Shown: one piece after another, positions 1 through 8,992 of the stretch
Layout: each line of letters opens with the position of its first letter
Position numbering within the stretch: position 1 is the first letter of the stretch
Notes under the pieces: generated by a model
Databases searched by the model: none
What the model was told of the DNA's origin: nothing
What the model saw: the letters and a program-made list of their open reading frames with translations, nothing else
Origin: an uncultured Candidatus Saccharibacteria bacterium
GTDB taxonomy: Bacteria > Patescibacteriota > Saccharimonadia > Saccharimonadales > CAZICT01
NCBI GenBank assembly: GCA_964537935.1
Contig: CAZICT010000002.1
Span: forward strand, 12,922 to 76,921
Direction of reading: 5' to 3'
DNA: 64,000 nt
Translations under genes and position numbers: made by a program

Positions 1-54
1 AGCTACACCAAGACCCAGTATCGCTGCAGCGATTAAGCGTAGTAACTTTTTCAT
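1..54 (-). CDS. 5' end of a secreted or lipoprotein-like gene that runs off the window (N-terminus MKKLLRLIAAAILGLGVA)
   Basis: ATG at 54-52 is preceded by GGAGGG (66-61) with a 6-nt spacer. The 18 in-frame codons to the window edge form a K-rich n-region plus a hydrophobic core, like a signal peptide. Confidence 0.4.
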   Translation of the reverse strand, partial: MKKLLRLIAAAILGLGVA

Positions 55-152
55 AAGTTACCCTCCTTCTATTATGTTTAATTAATTTATACTCGGGTGC
101 TCACCCGACTTCGTGAGGCCTCTCATATTGAGAAAATCTAAGACCTCACCAA

Positions 153-183
153 GCTGGGTGACCAGCCAGCCGCCTTTTGCGGC
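153..183 (-). terminator. Two adjacent short GC hairpins just downstream of the 190..738 gene; possible weak terminator
   Basis: GCCGC-loop-GCGGC (169-183) and GCTGG-GTGA-CCAGC (153-166) begin 6 nt after the stop codon at 190. There is no clean U-tract. Confidence 0.25.
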
Positions 184-189
184 CTAAGA

Positions 190-738
190 TTAGTTGTTTC
201 GGGTGCGGATACGTATATCGCTATCGTTACGGATCCTTATCCGCGAAGATCCGTTGCGGTCATCCTCCTCGGCAGTAGTGTCTGGCGGTCCGGTCTTTAT
301 CTGAATATCGACATTCGTATTCGAAGTTGTTTCTGAATTGCCGGCTTCAGCTGATCCTTGAGGGGAGTTAGGCGGCTCGGCGGCTTCCGGCACGGTAACT
401 TCCTGCCCGTTGATGCGAACTGTCGTTTGTGGCTGCGGATGCGCTGAGCTCTGAGGGCGCACACGCACATCTACAGACGTTTCTGTATCAACCTGCGGAT
501 TATTTTTACTAACGGAAAGTTCATCAAAGTTTTCAGGAGTTATATTTACTTCGGCTTTTTCCTGTACATCAGAGACTGATTTAGTTTCTTCACGTACATT
601 AGTGTCGCTCGAATCACCAACAATCGTGGCTATAGGTATACCGGCCAATACCAGTACGCTTGCCGCCGTTATGGCCATTCGCTTTTTTGACAATAGAGAA
701 GAGGGTTTCGTGTTTTTATTAGCGCGACGAATATTCAT
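190..738 (-). CDS. Hypothetical membrane-anchored secreted protein (N-terminal TM, S/T/P/E-rich ectodomain)
   Basis: The ORF track gives 190..744. GGAGGG (753-748) lies 9 nt before the third-codon ATG at 738, so that start is preferred. A hydrophobic segment AITAASVLVLAGIPIATIV follows a basic N-terminus. Confidence 0.55.
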   Translation of the reverse strand: MNIRRANKNTKPSSLLSKKRMAITAASVLVLAGIPIATIVGDSSDTNVREETKSVSDVQEKAEVNITPENFDELSVSKNNPQVDTETSVDVRVRPQSSAHPQPQTTVRINGQEVTVPEAAEPPNSPQGSAEAGNSETTSNTNVDIQIKTGPPDTTAEEDDRNGSSRIRIRNDSDIRIRTRNN

Positions 739-869
739 CACCATACACCCTCCAAAAATAATTAGCTTAATTTATATTCGCTTTTTTTGTCAGGTTCATA
801 ATATGAAGGAATGGCGTAAGCAACTATAATATTTCTCACAAGAACTTCATATTATTTAGAGATTTATGG

Positions 870-1829
870 TTATTGAGAGTATTGCGCCAGAGTAGTAAGC
901 AGTTCGTCGGTGGAACGAGCACTCATTAGTTGTTCGCGCTGTTCTTTGGCGCCATCAAAGTTATTGATATAGATTTTACAGAACTTATTTAGCGTATAAA
1001 CTTTTCTGTCCGAACCTGCCCAGGTTTGGGCGAACAGTTCGATATGCCGTTTGAATATATTAATTCTTTGTTCTTTTTGGAGAGATTCCCACGGTGATTT
1101 TTCTGAAAAAACAAACGGATCATTAAAGACACCGCGGCCGATCATAATTCCGTCGAGTTTGTAGCGCTTAGCTAAAGCTTCACCCTCTTGCCTGCTCATA
1201 ACATCGCCATTACCGATAATTAACGTTTTAGGCGCTACTGCATCGCGGATTTGCCTTACCCATCCTATCGCCGCCCAATCGGCTGGCACTTTGGACATCT
1301 GCGATCTGGTGCGGCCGTGCATTGTCAGAGCGGCCAGGTCGTGTGCTAACAAAAACTCCGGCCAACTGAAATCTACTTCCGAAAAACCAAGCCGGGTCTT
1401 AACGCTTACCGGCAAACTGCCGGCTCCCTCTTTGGTAGCTTGAATGATTTCGGCCGCTAAGCTGCGGTTTTCAGGTTTAGCAAGTGCCACGCAACAATTG
1501 TTTTTTACTACCGATTTATCAGGGCAGCCCATATTTATATCAATGCCCGCAAAACCCATTTCTACAAGTTCTTTGGCGGTTTTAAAATAATTTTCCGGTT
1601 GTTTGCCCCAGATTTGAGCGACTAAAGGAGTGTCTTTGTCGCCTTTTTTAAGCCGTTTGGCTACGCTCTCACGCCCGGGTGACTGCAGACCGTCTACATT
1701 AGCAAACTCGGTAAAGAATAAATCCGGCGGAGCGCATTCGGCAACTATCGTACGGAATACGACATCGGTAACATCCTCCATCGGTGCCAACACAAAAAAA
1801 GGTCGTGGTAATTGCGTATAAATACTCAT
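870..1829 (-). CDS. tRNA-dihydrouridine synthase (Dus family, FMN TIM barrel)
   Basis: N-terminal APMEDVTDVVFR motif, INMGCP with a catalytic Cys region, and a length of 319 aa, all typical of the Dus family. Confidence 0.85.
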   Translation of the reverse strand: MSIYTQLPRPFFVLAPMEDVTDVVFRTIVAECAPPDLFFTEFANVDGLQSPGRESVAKRLKKGDKDTPLVAQIWGKQPENYFKTAKELVEMGFAGIDINMGCPDKSVVKNNCCVALAKPENRSLAAEIIQATKEGAGSLPVSVKTRLGFSEVDFSWPEFLLAHDLAALTMHGRTRSQMSKVPADWAAIGWVRQIRDAVAPKTLIIGNGDVMSRQEGEALAKRYKLDGIMIGRGVFNDPFVFSEKSPWESLQKEQRINIFKRHIELFAQTWAGSDRKVYTLNKFCKIYINNFDGAKEQREQLMSARSTDELLTTLAQYSQ

Positions 1830-1879
1830 ATAAGTTTTACTATAGGCTTCTTACTCTAAGCCAAGGCATTATATAAGAA

Positions 1880-2380
1880 CTACAAATTTTTGCTATTACG
1901 AGCCAGTTTCTTCCGATATTGATCCCTGGCGTGACGATTGTCTGGAGAAGCATATTTTAAAGTAAAGTCATAAAAGTCGCGCCTGGCTATGTCTTTGGCG
2001 TCCTCGATATTAAGCATACCGCTCCCAACCAATGCCAGGTATCCTCCTGCGGCCCAGAAATCACGCTTTGCTTCATCAAGGTAGTACTCTTTGTTACGAC
2101 TGGCTCCGGAAACAACCTGCGGCGCAGCTTCTCCGTACCTATCCCTGTTTATATCTTGAAGTTGTCCTGTTTCTGAAGCATGTACAAAACCAGCTCTTTG
2201 GTTTGCTAAGCCAATATTTTTTAGGGCTGATTGCAGTCTTTCATTACGTTCGGCTAAATCCTGGCTCGCGCCTGGCTCAGGCGGCAGAGGTTGGTCAAAG
2301 TCACGCACCTGAAAAGTGCCCGATTCGTGGATGTAGTCGAGCATTCTTTCTTGATTACCGGGAGCGTGTGATCTGGCCAT
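1880..2380 (-). CDS. Hypothetical protein (166 aa)
   Basis: Long ORF in the same orientation as its neighbours. No motif recognised. Confidence 0.45.
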   Translation of the reverse strand: MARSHAPGNQERMLDYIHESGTFQVRDFDQPLPPEPGASQDLAERNERLQSALKNIGLANQRAGFVHASETGQLQDINRDRYGEAAPQVVSGASRNKEYYLDEAKRDFWAAGGYLALVGSGMLNIEDAKDIARRDFYDFTLKYASPDNRHARDQYRKKLARNSKNL

Positions 2381-2405
2381 ATATAGTATTATATCATGGT
2401 TATGA

Positions 2406-3251
2406 TTATTTTACAACCAAAGCTATGTATATGAACAGGGTAATCATGCTTGTCACGGAAACGTAGGGCATGGCTTTCGGTAGCCAATTTGAGTCTTTTA
2501 TAAATGATACAAATACCAATAGGAAGTAAAATCCGGCAGCGAAAGCACTAAAACTTCCTAACCATCCGCGTGATAACCAAGCCGCTAAACCATAGCCTAT
2601 GAGGCAAAAGAATAGTGTCCAGCGCCTACCGAGTACGGTTGCTGTCGTTTTAAATCCTAATTTTTTATCGGTTTCAATATTTTGGATAGCTGAATACGCG
2701 TAAGTTGACATACACCAAAGAGCAGCCGCTATCAGTAGCAAAGTTGGCGGCAGCTTATACTCAAGCAATCCGTAAGAGAAGATAGCCGGAAAAATATAGA
2801 TAGTACTAAAAAGTACATCAAGAAACGGGCGTCTTTTTGCCTTTACCGGACGCAAAGAATAAAAAAAGCTCAAGAAAATAAATCCTGCCAGACCGATTTT
2901 CATCATGCCAGGCAGATCATCAACAAACCATACCAGCATAAATGGCACATTCCACAAAAATATAGCCCTTAGTAAGGTTTGTCGTTTTTTTGGTTGTGAC
3001 AATACCTGGTATACATCATTTTGCGGTTGCTGTTTGCCGTCTTCGATATCGGATAATACGCTCAAGCCATGCAGTAGCAGGTTGCCCGGATATATGAAAT
3101 AAAATCCAAATACGATTAACGCCAGCCAAAGGTAAATAGTAAGATCGGTCGAAGCAATAATGCCAATTACAAACGGCCCAAGGGTGTTACCCCAGCGCGA
3201 AGGGCGCGAAACTTTTATATGGAATGCTGACATATGGATTAATTGTATCAA
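2406..3251 (-). CDS. UbiA-family prenyltransferase-like membrane protein
   Basis: Polytopic membrane protein. The second Asp-rich motif region QNIETDKKLGFKTTATVLG resembles the UbiA D-x-x-x-D...G..T consensus. The first motif is degenerate and the start is uncertain (alternative Met at codon 7). Confidence 0.6.
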   Translation of the reverse strand: MIQLIHMSAFHIKVSRPSRWGNTLGPFVIGIIASTDLTIYLWLALIVFGFYFIYPGNLLLHGLSVLSDIEDGKQQPQNDVYQVLSQPKKRQTLLRAIFLWNVPFMLVWFVDDLPGMMKIGLAGFIFLSFFYSLRPVKAKRRPFLDVLFSTIYIFPAIFSYGLLEYKLPPTLLLIAAALWCMSTYAYSAIQNIETDKKLGFKTTATVLGRRWTLFFCLIGYGLAAWLSRGWLGSFSAFAAGFYFLLVFVSFIKDSNWLPKAMPYVSVTSMITLFIYIALVVK

Positions 3252-3309
3252 TCAAACCCGGTATTTTCGGTGTAAAAATTTCCGAAAATGGCGCGGGGTT
3301 TATTGGCGC

Positions 3310-3837
3310 CTAAAACGGATTCTGGACAATCTGAGCCACCTCGCCTAACGAACTTGCCAGAAAATCAGCCGTGCCTTCAGCATACTTTCCTTCACGGTCA
3401 AGCAGGATGGTTTGTGCGCCGACAGCTTTGCCGAGTCCGACATCTTCGAGCCGATCGCCGATTACATAAGAACTAGTAAAATCTATGTCAGGATAATCGG
3501 CCTCAGCCTGCCTTAAAAGTCCAGGCTTCGGCTTTTTACATTCGCACCCCTCAAAAGGAGCGTGTGGACAGACATAAGTCTTTTCGACAGTAACACCATG
3601 TTGAGTAATCAAAGAAACCACGCGCTCGTTAACCGCCGTGTATTGATCCATTGTTAATCGCTTTTGACCTATCCCCGGCTGAGCCGTGAGCAGAAAGATA
3701 GTAAAGTCCAGTTGACCAAGCTGCTTTAAACCTTCCGGTACATCTTGCTGCAACCATACGTTATCTGGGTTGGTAATCAGACCGTCGTATGGCTCGACAA
3801 CTAATGTCCCATCTCTGTCTAGAAATATCGCTCGCAT
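3310..3837 (-). CDS. HAD-IIIA phosphatase, GmhB-like (D,D-heptose 1,7-bisphosphate phosphatase or histidinol-phosphatase family)
   Basis: FLDRDGTL nucleophile motif, CPH..F.GCECKKPKPGLL zinc-binding/HAD motif and GDRLEDV, collinear with GmhB. Confidence 0.75.
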   Translation of the reverse strand: MRAIFLDRDGTLVVEPYDGLITNPDNVWLQQDVPEGLKQLGQLDFTIFLLTAQPGIGQKRLTMDQYTAVNERVVSLITQHGVTVEKTYVCPHAPFEGCECKKPKPGLLRQAEADYPDIDFTSSYVIGDRLEDVGLGKAVGAQTILLDREGKYAEGTADFLASSLGEVAQIVQNPF

Positions 3838-3934
3838 ATATTCATCCTATCACCTTTATCAAAAAGCGCGTATTTAATACAACCGAATTATCTTAAGCGG
3901 TATTAGAACGGCTACGGATTTCGTTATCAATCCT

Positions 3935-5053
3935 TTATTCCCAACGGAATACTCTGAACGCCAGGATGTAAATACCTATCGTCCAGGCGATTATGACAGC
4001 CATCTGCGGCCCTAGATCAAATAATGTTACACCTTCGGTTATCACTAATCTAACCGAATCGATAATCGGGGTTAGCGGAATAAATTTAGTGATGTTTTGC
4101 AAAAATTCAGGCATCAGAAAAGTGGGAAAGAACACACCGCTTAGAAACATCATCGGCAAAACTACAAGCTGTGCGAGTGGTGCGGCCTGGTTTTCGTTCT
4201 TTGCCCAACCACCAATTGCTAGCCCTACGCCAAACATCAGAGCGGTTCCCAGTAGCACGATTACACCGAGATGAAGATAGCTTCCGCGCATATTCAGATT
4301 AAACATAGTAAAGGCCACTACAAACATTGCTGCGACAGCTAAAATACCGACCACCATGTTGGATATGACATTACCGGTAAAATATTGCCAAACCTTTAAG
4401 GTAGTGGTTCTGTAGCGCCTCAGTACGCCGCGCTGTTTAAGTCTAGGGAATACATTGGTCGGCCCGAAGATACCGAGGCTTAACAAAACAAATCCTAAAA
4501 GTCCGGAAAACGTATAGTCGAATTGAGTCAAACCTTTGGTGGCGGTCGATTCGGCTGCTACGGTGAACGGCTCTACGCTTGGGACGATTTCTTCGTTTAT
4601 TTCAACGAATATACTTTCCATTATCGAGGTGAGGGTTCGTCCGGCCTGCTCATTACTTTGGTCATACAGGACCTTGGCTTCACCGCTTGGATACCCTTCT
4701 TCAGAAGCCTCTCCAAAGCCTTCGGGCAGTATTATCGTTGCCTCCAGCTGTCCGCGGTTCATCTTTTCGCGGGCTTGATCAAGATTAGTCACATCTTCGT
4801 CAACTTCAAATATCTCATTTTCATTTAGGCGCTCAGTAAATTGCTGGGAAAACTCAGTATCGGATTCATTTAGCAGTCCTACGCGGAAAGAAACACCGTT
4901 GTCACCACTAAAAATCGTTCCGAAAATCAGCAGGAATATAAGCGGAAAAACAAAGGTAAAGAAAATAGCTACCTTGTCACGAAATAACCTCTTGATATCA
5001 ATCCGTGCAAATGTGGTGACTGGCAATAATTGGGTTCGAAGTTTATCAAGCAT
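3935..5053 (-). CDS. ABC-2 type transporter permease
   Basis: N-terminal TM, a large extracytoplasmic loop and then 5 C-terminal TM helices. Its start lies immediately downstream of the stop of the ABC ATPase gene (stop at 5056). Confidence 0.8.
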   Translation of the reverse strand: MLDKLRTQLLPVTTFARIDIKRLFRDKVAIFFTFVFPLIFLLIFGTIFSGDNGVSFRVGLLNESDTEFSQQFTERLNENEIFEVDEDVTNLDQAREKMNRGQLEATIILPEGFGEASEEGYPSGEAKVLYDQSNEQAGRTLTSIMESIFVEINEEIVPSVEPFTVAAESTATKGLTQFDYTFSGLLGFVLLSLGIFGPTNVFPRLKQRGVLRRYRTTTLKVWQYFTGNVISNMVVGILAVAAMFVVAFTMFNLNMRGSYLHLGVIVLLGTALMFGVGLAIGGWAKNENQAAPLAQLVVLPMMFLSGVFFPTFLMPEFLQNITKFIPLTPIIDSVRLVITEGVTLFDLGPQMAVIIAWTIGIYILAFRVFRWE

Positions 5054-5055
5054 AA

Positions 5056-5814
5056 TTACTCCCTAAGGGCCTTACCGGTTAAATCAATAAATACATCCTC
5101 GAGATTAGCCTGCTCAACATGCTGCTCTTTCTTAAAACCTTTCTGGAGCAGTGCTTTGATAAGTTTCTTTGGCGTATCTAACGCAATAATTTTGCCGTTG
5201 TCCATTACCGCAACCCTATTACAAAGTAATTCGGCTTCATCCATATAATGCGTTGTCATAACAACTGTCACGCCACGGCTACGTACTTCTTTAACAAGAT
5301 CCCACAGGTTTCGTCGGGCCTGTGGATCCAGGCCGGTAGTCGGTTCATCCAAGAAAAACACCTTCGGACCATGGACTAGCGCCGCGGCAATACTGAACCT
5401 TTGGCGTTGGCCGCCGGAAAGCTGCTCCGGGTAGCTATTGGCTTTTTCTTCAAGCTGTACATCTTTTAGAAACTTCCTGGCATCTACTTTTTCACCGTAA
5501 GCAGCTGCAAAAAACTCAATCAGTTCCGTGAGTTTGGTTTTTTCTTCAAACGACGGCGTTTGCGGCTGGACTCCGATTAGTGACTTGATCTTATCCGGAT
5601 TAGACGCCACATCGATTCCATTGAGCTTTGCGCTGCCGCCATCTATCGGTCGAAGCGCCTCAAGCATTTCAAGTGTAGTGGTCTTTCCGGCGCCATTTGG
5701 CCCCAAGATTCCGAAAATCTCTCCTTCTTTGACCTCAAAGCTAATACCGTCCACAACCTTTTTCTTGTCATAGATCTTGGTGAGCTCATTCACCTCAAGT
5801 ATATTTTTTGCCAT
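5056..5814 (-). CDS. ABC transporter ATP-binding protein
   Basis: Walker A GPNGAGKTT, signature LSGGQRQR and Walker B FFLDEPTTGLD. The ORF-track start (5883, TTG) lies inside an intrinsic terminator, so the ATG at 5814 (MAKNILEV) is preferred. Confidence 0.9.
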   Translation of the reverse strand: MAKNILEVNELTKIYDKKKVVDGISFEVKEGEIFGILGPNGAGKTTTLEMLEALRPIDGGSAKLNGIDVASNPDKIKSLIGVQPQTPSFEEKTKLTELIEFFAAAYGEKVDARKFLKDVQLEEKANSYPEQLSGGQRQRFSIAAALVHGPKVFFLDEPTTGLDPQARRNLWDLVKEVRSRGVTVVMTTHYMDEAELLCNRVAVMDNGKIIALDTPKKLIKALLQKGFKKEQHVEQANLEDVFIDLTGKALRE

Positions 5815-5821
5815 GAAAATA

Positions 5822-5851
5822 AGTTTATCAGCATAGCCTATGTCTGGACAA
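5822..5851 (-). promoter_or_regulatory. Candidate sigma70-like promoter for the ABC operon; apparently leaderless
   Basis: Minus strand reads TTGTCC (5851-5846), an 18-nt spacer, then TGaTAAACT (extended -10; hexamer 5827-5822). The ATG at 5814 is 7 nt after the -10 element. Confidence 0.35.
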
Positions 5852-5881
5852 TAAAAAAACACCCCGGAGGTACCGGGGTGC
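5851..5881 (-). terminator. Rho-independent terminator of the 65-aa gene
   Basis: Perfect 8-bp stem CACCCCGG/CCGGGGTG (5860-5867 / 5873-5880) with a 5-nt loop, followed on the minus strand by TTTTTTT (5859-5853). Confidence 0.75.
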
Positions 5882-5905
5882 AATATTTTCTGTCTATTTG
5901 TTACG

Positions 5906-6103
5906 TTACTTACGCTTTACGGTAAGGAAGCCGTTTCGTGGGTTTTCGTTAACTTCCATGCCAGCTGGCAGTGAGTCAACAGCTTCTGGACGTTGGTCTT
6001 TGCTGAAGTAGTAAATGGTCTGCTTCTTGCCGCCACGAAGTGTCACGTCTTTTGAATTTAGGTAGTATGTTACCCCTTTAGAGTTTGTGTGCTTGTAAGC
6101 CAT
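5906..6103 (-). CDS. Small basic conserved-looking protein (65 aa), function unknown
   Basis: It has its own promoter (perfect TTGACA -35), an SD GAGGGAGAG 9 nt upstream and its own terminator. No motif recognised. Confidence 0.6.
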   Translation of the reverse strand: MAYKHTNSKGVTYYLNSKDVTLRGGKKQTIYYFSKDQRPEAVDSLPAGMEVNENPRNGFLTVKRK

Positions 6104-6143
6104 CTCTACAATCTCTCCCTCTTGGATTAGTTATGGTATCACT

Positions 6144-6173
6144 AACATACCCCTGAACATTTACACTTGTCAA
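6144..6173 (-). promoter_or_regulatory. Candidate promoter of the 65-aa gene
   Basis: Minus strand reads TTGACA (6173-6168), an 18-nt spacer, then TATGTT (6149-6144). Confidence 0.4.
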
Positions 6174-6241
6174 CCTTAATTATCAAAGAAAGCTGTCTCT
6201 AGTGGCAGCTTAGCGACCAGTTTTCCTCAGGTATAACAGGT

Positions 6242-6300
6242 GTTACGTGCATAAGTGTTGCGTAGTAATGCGCTTATGCATTACACTACACGTACGTAAC
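6242..6300 (+). promoter_or_regulatory. 59-nt imperfect long hairpin in the leader of the 6328 gene
   Basis: Outer helix GTTACGT (6242-6248) / ACGTAAC (6294-6300). Inner helix GTAATGC (6265-6271) / GCATTAC (6278-6284) with loop GCTTAT. An asymmetric internal loop lies between the two helices. Confidence 0.35.
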
Positions 6301-6327
6301 GAATTAATTAAAAGGTGGATTAAATAA

Positions 6328-6993
6328 ATGGACTTGATGAATCGTGGTAATCGCCCAAATCAACCCGTAAATCAGCCGGCTGCCCATGGCGCTGGAGGCC
6401 CAGTATCAAACAACGGTAAGAAATCAAAACTTGATGGCAACAAAATTACGTCGCTTGTTCTGCTGGTGTCTGCGGCTATACTAATTATTCTATTAATTGC
6501 TTACCTTGTAATAGGTGGCGGTAAAGTAGCTAGTAAGAGAGAGGCAAAGTTTGTTAATACAGATCAAATGCAAGCTGTCTTCTTGAATGGTGGACAGGTA
6601 TACTTCGGAAATATCCAAGACCTTAACTCTAACTACATGCGGCTAAGCGATATTTATTATCTGCGTGTTAACCAGCAGGTACAGCCTGAGCAACAGGGCA
6701 ACAATCAAGCAGCCCAAAATGATATTTCGCTAGTGAAGCTTGGTTGTGAGCTGCACGGACCTGAAGATGAAATGCTCATCAATCGGGAACAGGTTGTCTT
6801 CTGGGAAAACTTAAAAGCAGATGGTCAAGTTGCCCAAGCCGTTCAGGAATACGTGCGACAGAACCCGAACGGTCAAGATTGTAGCCAGCAACAAAGTACC
6901 GGCACCAACAATAACTCCGGTGGTAACAATAATGGTGGCAATGCAGCCGGTACCCAACCGGAAGGCACTGAGCAGCAAAACGATACTCCGTAA
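6328..6993 (+). CDS. Hypothetical membrane-anchored protein with a Q/N/G-rich C-terminal tail
   Basis: SD AAAGGTGGA upstream. One TM (ITSLVLLVSAAILIILLIAYLVIGG), a globular domain, then a low-complexity N/G/Q tail. Confidence 0.6.
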   Translation: MDLMNRGNRPNQPVNQPAAHGAGGPVSNNGKKSKLDGNKITSLVLLVSAAILIILLIAYLVIGGGKVASKREAKFVNTDQMQAVFLNGGQVYFGNIQDLNSNYMRLSDIYYLRVNQQVQPEQQGNNQAAQNDISLVKLGCELHGPEDEMLINREQVVFWENLKADGQVAQAVQEYVRQNPNGQDCSQQQSTGTNNNSGGNNNGGNAAGTQPEGTEQQNDTP

Positions 6994-7043
6994 CAAAAAC
7001 CGTAGCAGTAAGCTAAATACCCCTCCTAAAGCGAGGGGTATTT

Positions 7044-7658
7044 TTATGCATGACTGCGCAGTTTATAAATTAACCATTTATCGAGCAAAAAGCTGATTAC
7101 AAACAATATGCCGAATATGACTGCGAGCAACAAGCTTATTCCGGCTGTATCAGGCGACCAGGCCGGACTGACAAAATCAAATTTATAAAGTGCTTCCGGA
7201 ATAGGTTGCGGCTGCACGCCATGAGCTTCGACATATTCTTCGATACATTTAAGTCGATTGCTACCGCTTAAACCCCGGGGAAACTGACGCTCACAAGTAG
7301 TCTGGGCTTCGGTATACATTTTTTCATTGTGTGCCGATACGCGATTCTCTTCTGCTTTAACCAACCTATCGTAGGTATGAGTAAGCTGGACTGGATGCTG
7401 GATTGACGCATCACCGCCGCCAAGTTCGCTATTCATGTGGGAGTAAATATGTTCCCTAAGATTTCGAAGAGCTGTCTCTACGTCTCCGTTAGCTTCGTCA
7501 ACCCTTAAAAGTTCATCACGAAGCTCTATAGTTTTAAGATTGTTTTGACGTAATCCTACGACGCCGATTACCGCAAACACCACTGCAGCTACTAAGAAAT
7601 AATAAGGCTTAAAGGCTCTGATACGCGTCTTGATGTAATAAAGCTTGCGTTTATGCAT
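7044..7658 (-). CDS. Hypothetical membrane protein (TM helices near both the N- and C-termini)
   Basis: The ORF track gives 7044..7733. The ATG at 7658 (MHKRKLYYIK) gives an 8-nt overlap with the upstream MFS gene, which fits an operon better than an 83-nt overlap. Confidence 0.55.
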   Translation of the reverse strand: MHKRKLYYIKTRIRAFKPYYFLVAAVVFAVIGVVGLRQNNLKTIELRDELLRVDEANGDVETALRNLREHIYSHMNSELGGGDASIQHPVQLTHTYDRLVKAEENRVSAHNEKMYTEAQTTCERQFPRGLSGSNRLKCIEEYVEAHGVQPQPIPEALYKFDFVSPAWSPDTAGISLLLAVIFGILFVISFLLDKWLIYKLRSHA

Positions 7659-8883
7659 TTCTATTCCATATTGTACCCTTTGGTGAAAGCGCCGGAAAAC
7701 GCTCGGCCGTGATAAGCATGTTGGCAAAAGCATTAATTATAAATGCAGCCGCGAATGTCGCCCAACCGCTGATGCCGGTACTTAATATCGCCAGCAAAAA
7801 CCACACGAGTGAACGTATAGAGTCACCAAAAGCCTCAACGCAAGTAATATAGACAATTCTTCTTCCTTCGATACTGTCCGCCCGGTCATACATCCCTTTA
7901 TGGAAAGGAATTCTATAACCGGCTGCAAACAGCTCGTTGGCCATACTGATAAACGCTGCGAACGGCATACTTGACGCTAGCAGCCTTGCTCCGCTGACAA
8001 CAGTGTTTCCAAATGCGCTGAACCTGAGCAATGCACGGCCTTGTTGTTTGTCGGTATGGTCTCCTATCAGCCGTGCGCTGAACATCGATACAGCGATGGC
8101 CAGCGAGGTTATCAGGCCGACTTCCGCATACGGGTCGCTGCCGGCTATAAATATCGCAACAAACAACGGCCACCCTAGGATGGTAATATTGCCGTCAACC
8201 GCAAAGCCGGCAACGGCGACCAGATCGCGTGAATAGCGATTAAGTTTAAAAGTTCTGAAGTTTAGTCGCTGGCCTGTTCTGATCGGCTCGCTGGAAATAA
8301 ACAGCGGCACTAGAGCTATGGCAAAGAACACTACCGCAATAAAAAACGTATAGCGCACATCAAATAAAACAGCTACTATCCCGCCGACAAGTGGGCCAAG
8401 TGCTGCGCCTATCCGCTCCATAATTTCCATTACGCCAAGCTGTCTGCCGCTTAATGTGCGGTGTTTAACCTTGGAGAAGTCAACGTGATAAGCAATAAAG
8501 AAAAGGCTCGATGCTGCCCCTGAAGTTAACGACAGTACCGGAATCGGCCATCGCAGGCTCGGCAACGTCATCAACATCGCCAGTGATACTATCTGCACTA
8601 CATAACTAAGAGCCATGATATGTTTTGGGCCATAGCGGGCTACTAAAAAGGCAGCCACAAAATCCATCACAACGCGGAAAAGATTAAATAAAGCCAGAAA
8701 CAAAAAAACCGCCGACAGGCTATAACCCAGCTGATACAGATACACCGGAATAAAAATACCGACCAGACTAAGGCCGAGGCGTCTTAGCATCATGCTGACA
8801 TAAAGCTCGCTTACCTGGTCAAAATCCATAGCTCGCCAGGGATAGCGCCTATACCATAGCCGAGAGAGTATTTTTTTAAGCAT
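7651..8883 (-). CDS. MFS transporter
   Basis: 410 aa with about 12 predicted TM helices in a 6+6 arrangement and a basic central loop. Confidence 0.75.
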   Translation of the reverse strand: MLKKILSRLWYRRYPWRAMDFDQVSELYVSMMLRRLGLSLVGIFIPVYLYQLGYSLSAVFLFLALFNLFRVVMDFVAAFLVARYGPKHIMALSYVVQIVSLAMLMTLPSLRWPIPVLSLTSGAASSLFFIAYHVDFSKVKHRTLSGRQLGVMEIMERIGAALGPLVGGIVAVLFDVRYTFFIAVVFFAIALVPLFISSEPIRTGQRLNFRTFKLNRYSRDLVAVAGFAVDGNITILGWPLFVAIFIAGSDPYAEVGLITSLAIAVSMFSARLIGDHTDKQQGRALLRFSAFGNTVVSGARLLASSMPFAAFISMANELFAAGYRIPFHKGMYDRADSIEGRRIVYITCVEAFGDSIRSLVWFLLAILSTGISGWATFAAAFIINAFANMLITAERFPALSPKGTIWNRNA

Positions 8884-8958
8884 ATTTGTTTTTTGCCTTA
8901 CTTAAAGTGTATCACAGACAAAAAGTTATGTTGGTTTTGATATATTGTTTATGCCGTT

Positions 8959-8986
8959 TTAGACTTTTGCACTTTAACCTTATACT
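8959..8986 (+). promoter_or_regulatory. Candidate promoter of the Mur ligase gene; apparently leaderless
   Basis: TTAGAC (8959-8964), a 16-nt spacer, TATACT (8981-8986), then 6 nt to the ATG at 8993. Confidence 0.35.
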
Positions 8987-8992
8987 GGAGTT

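Noticed and set aside
5815-5883. N-terminal extension of the ABC ATPase ORF (track start TTG at 5883)
   Set aside because: The extension consists of the intrinsic terminator hairpin and T-tract of the upstream 65-aa gene. The conserved ABC N-terminus begins at the ATG at 5814.
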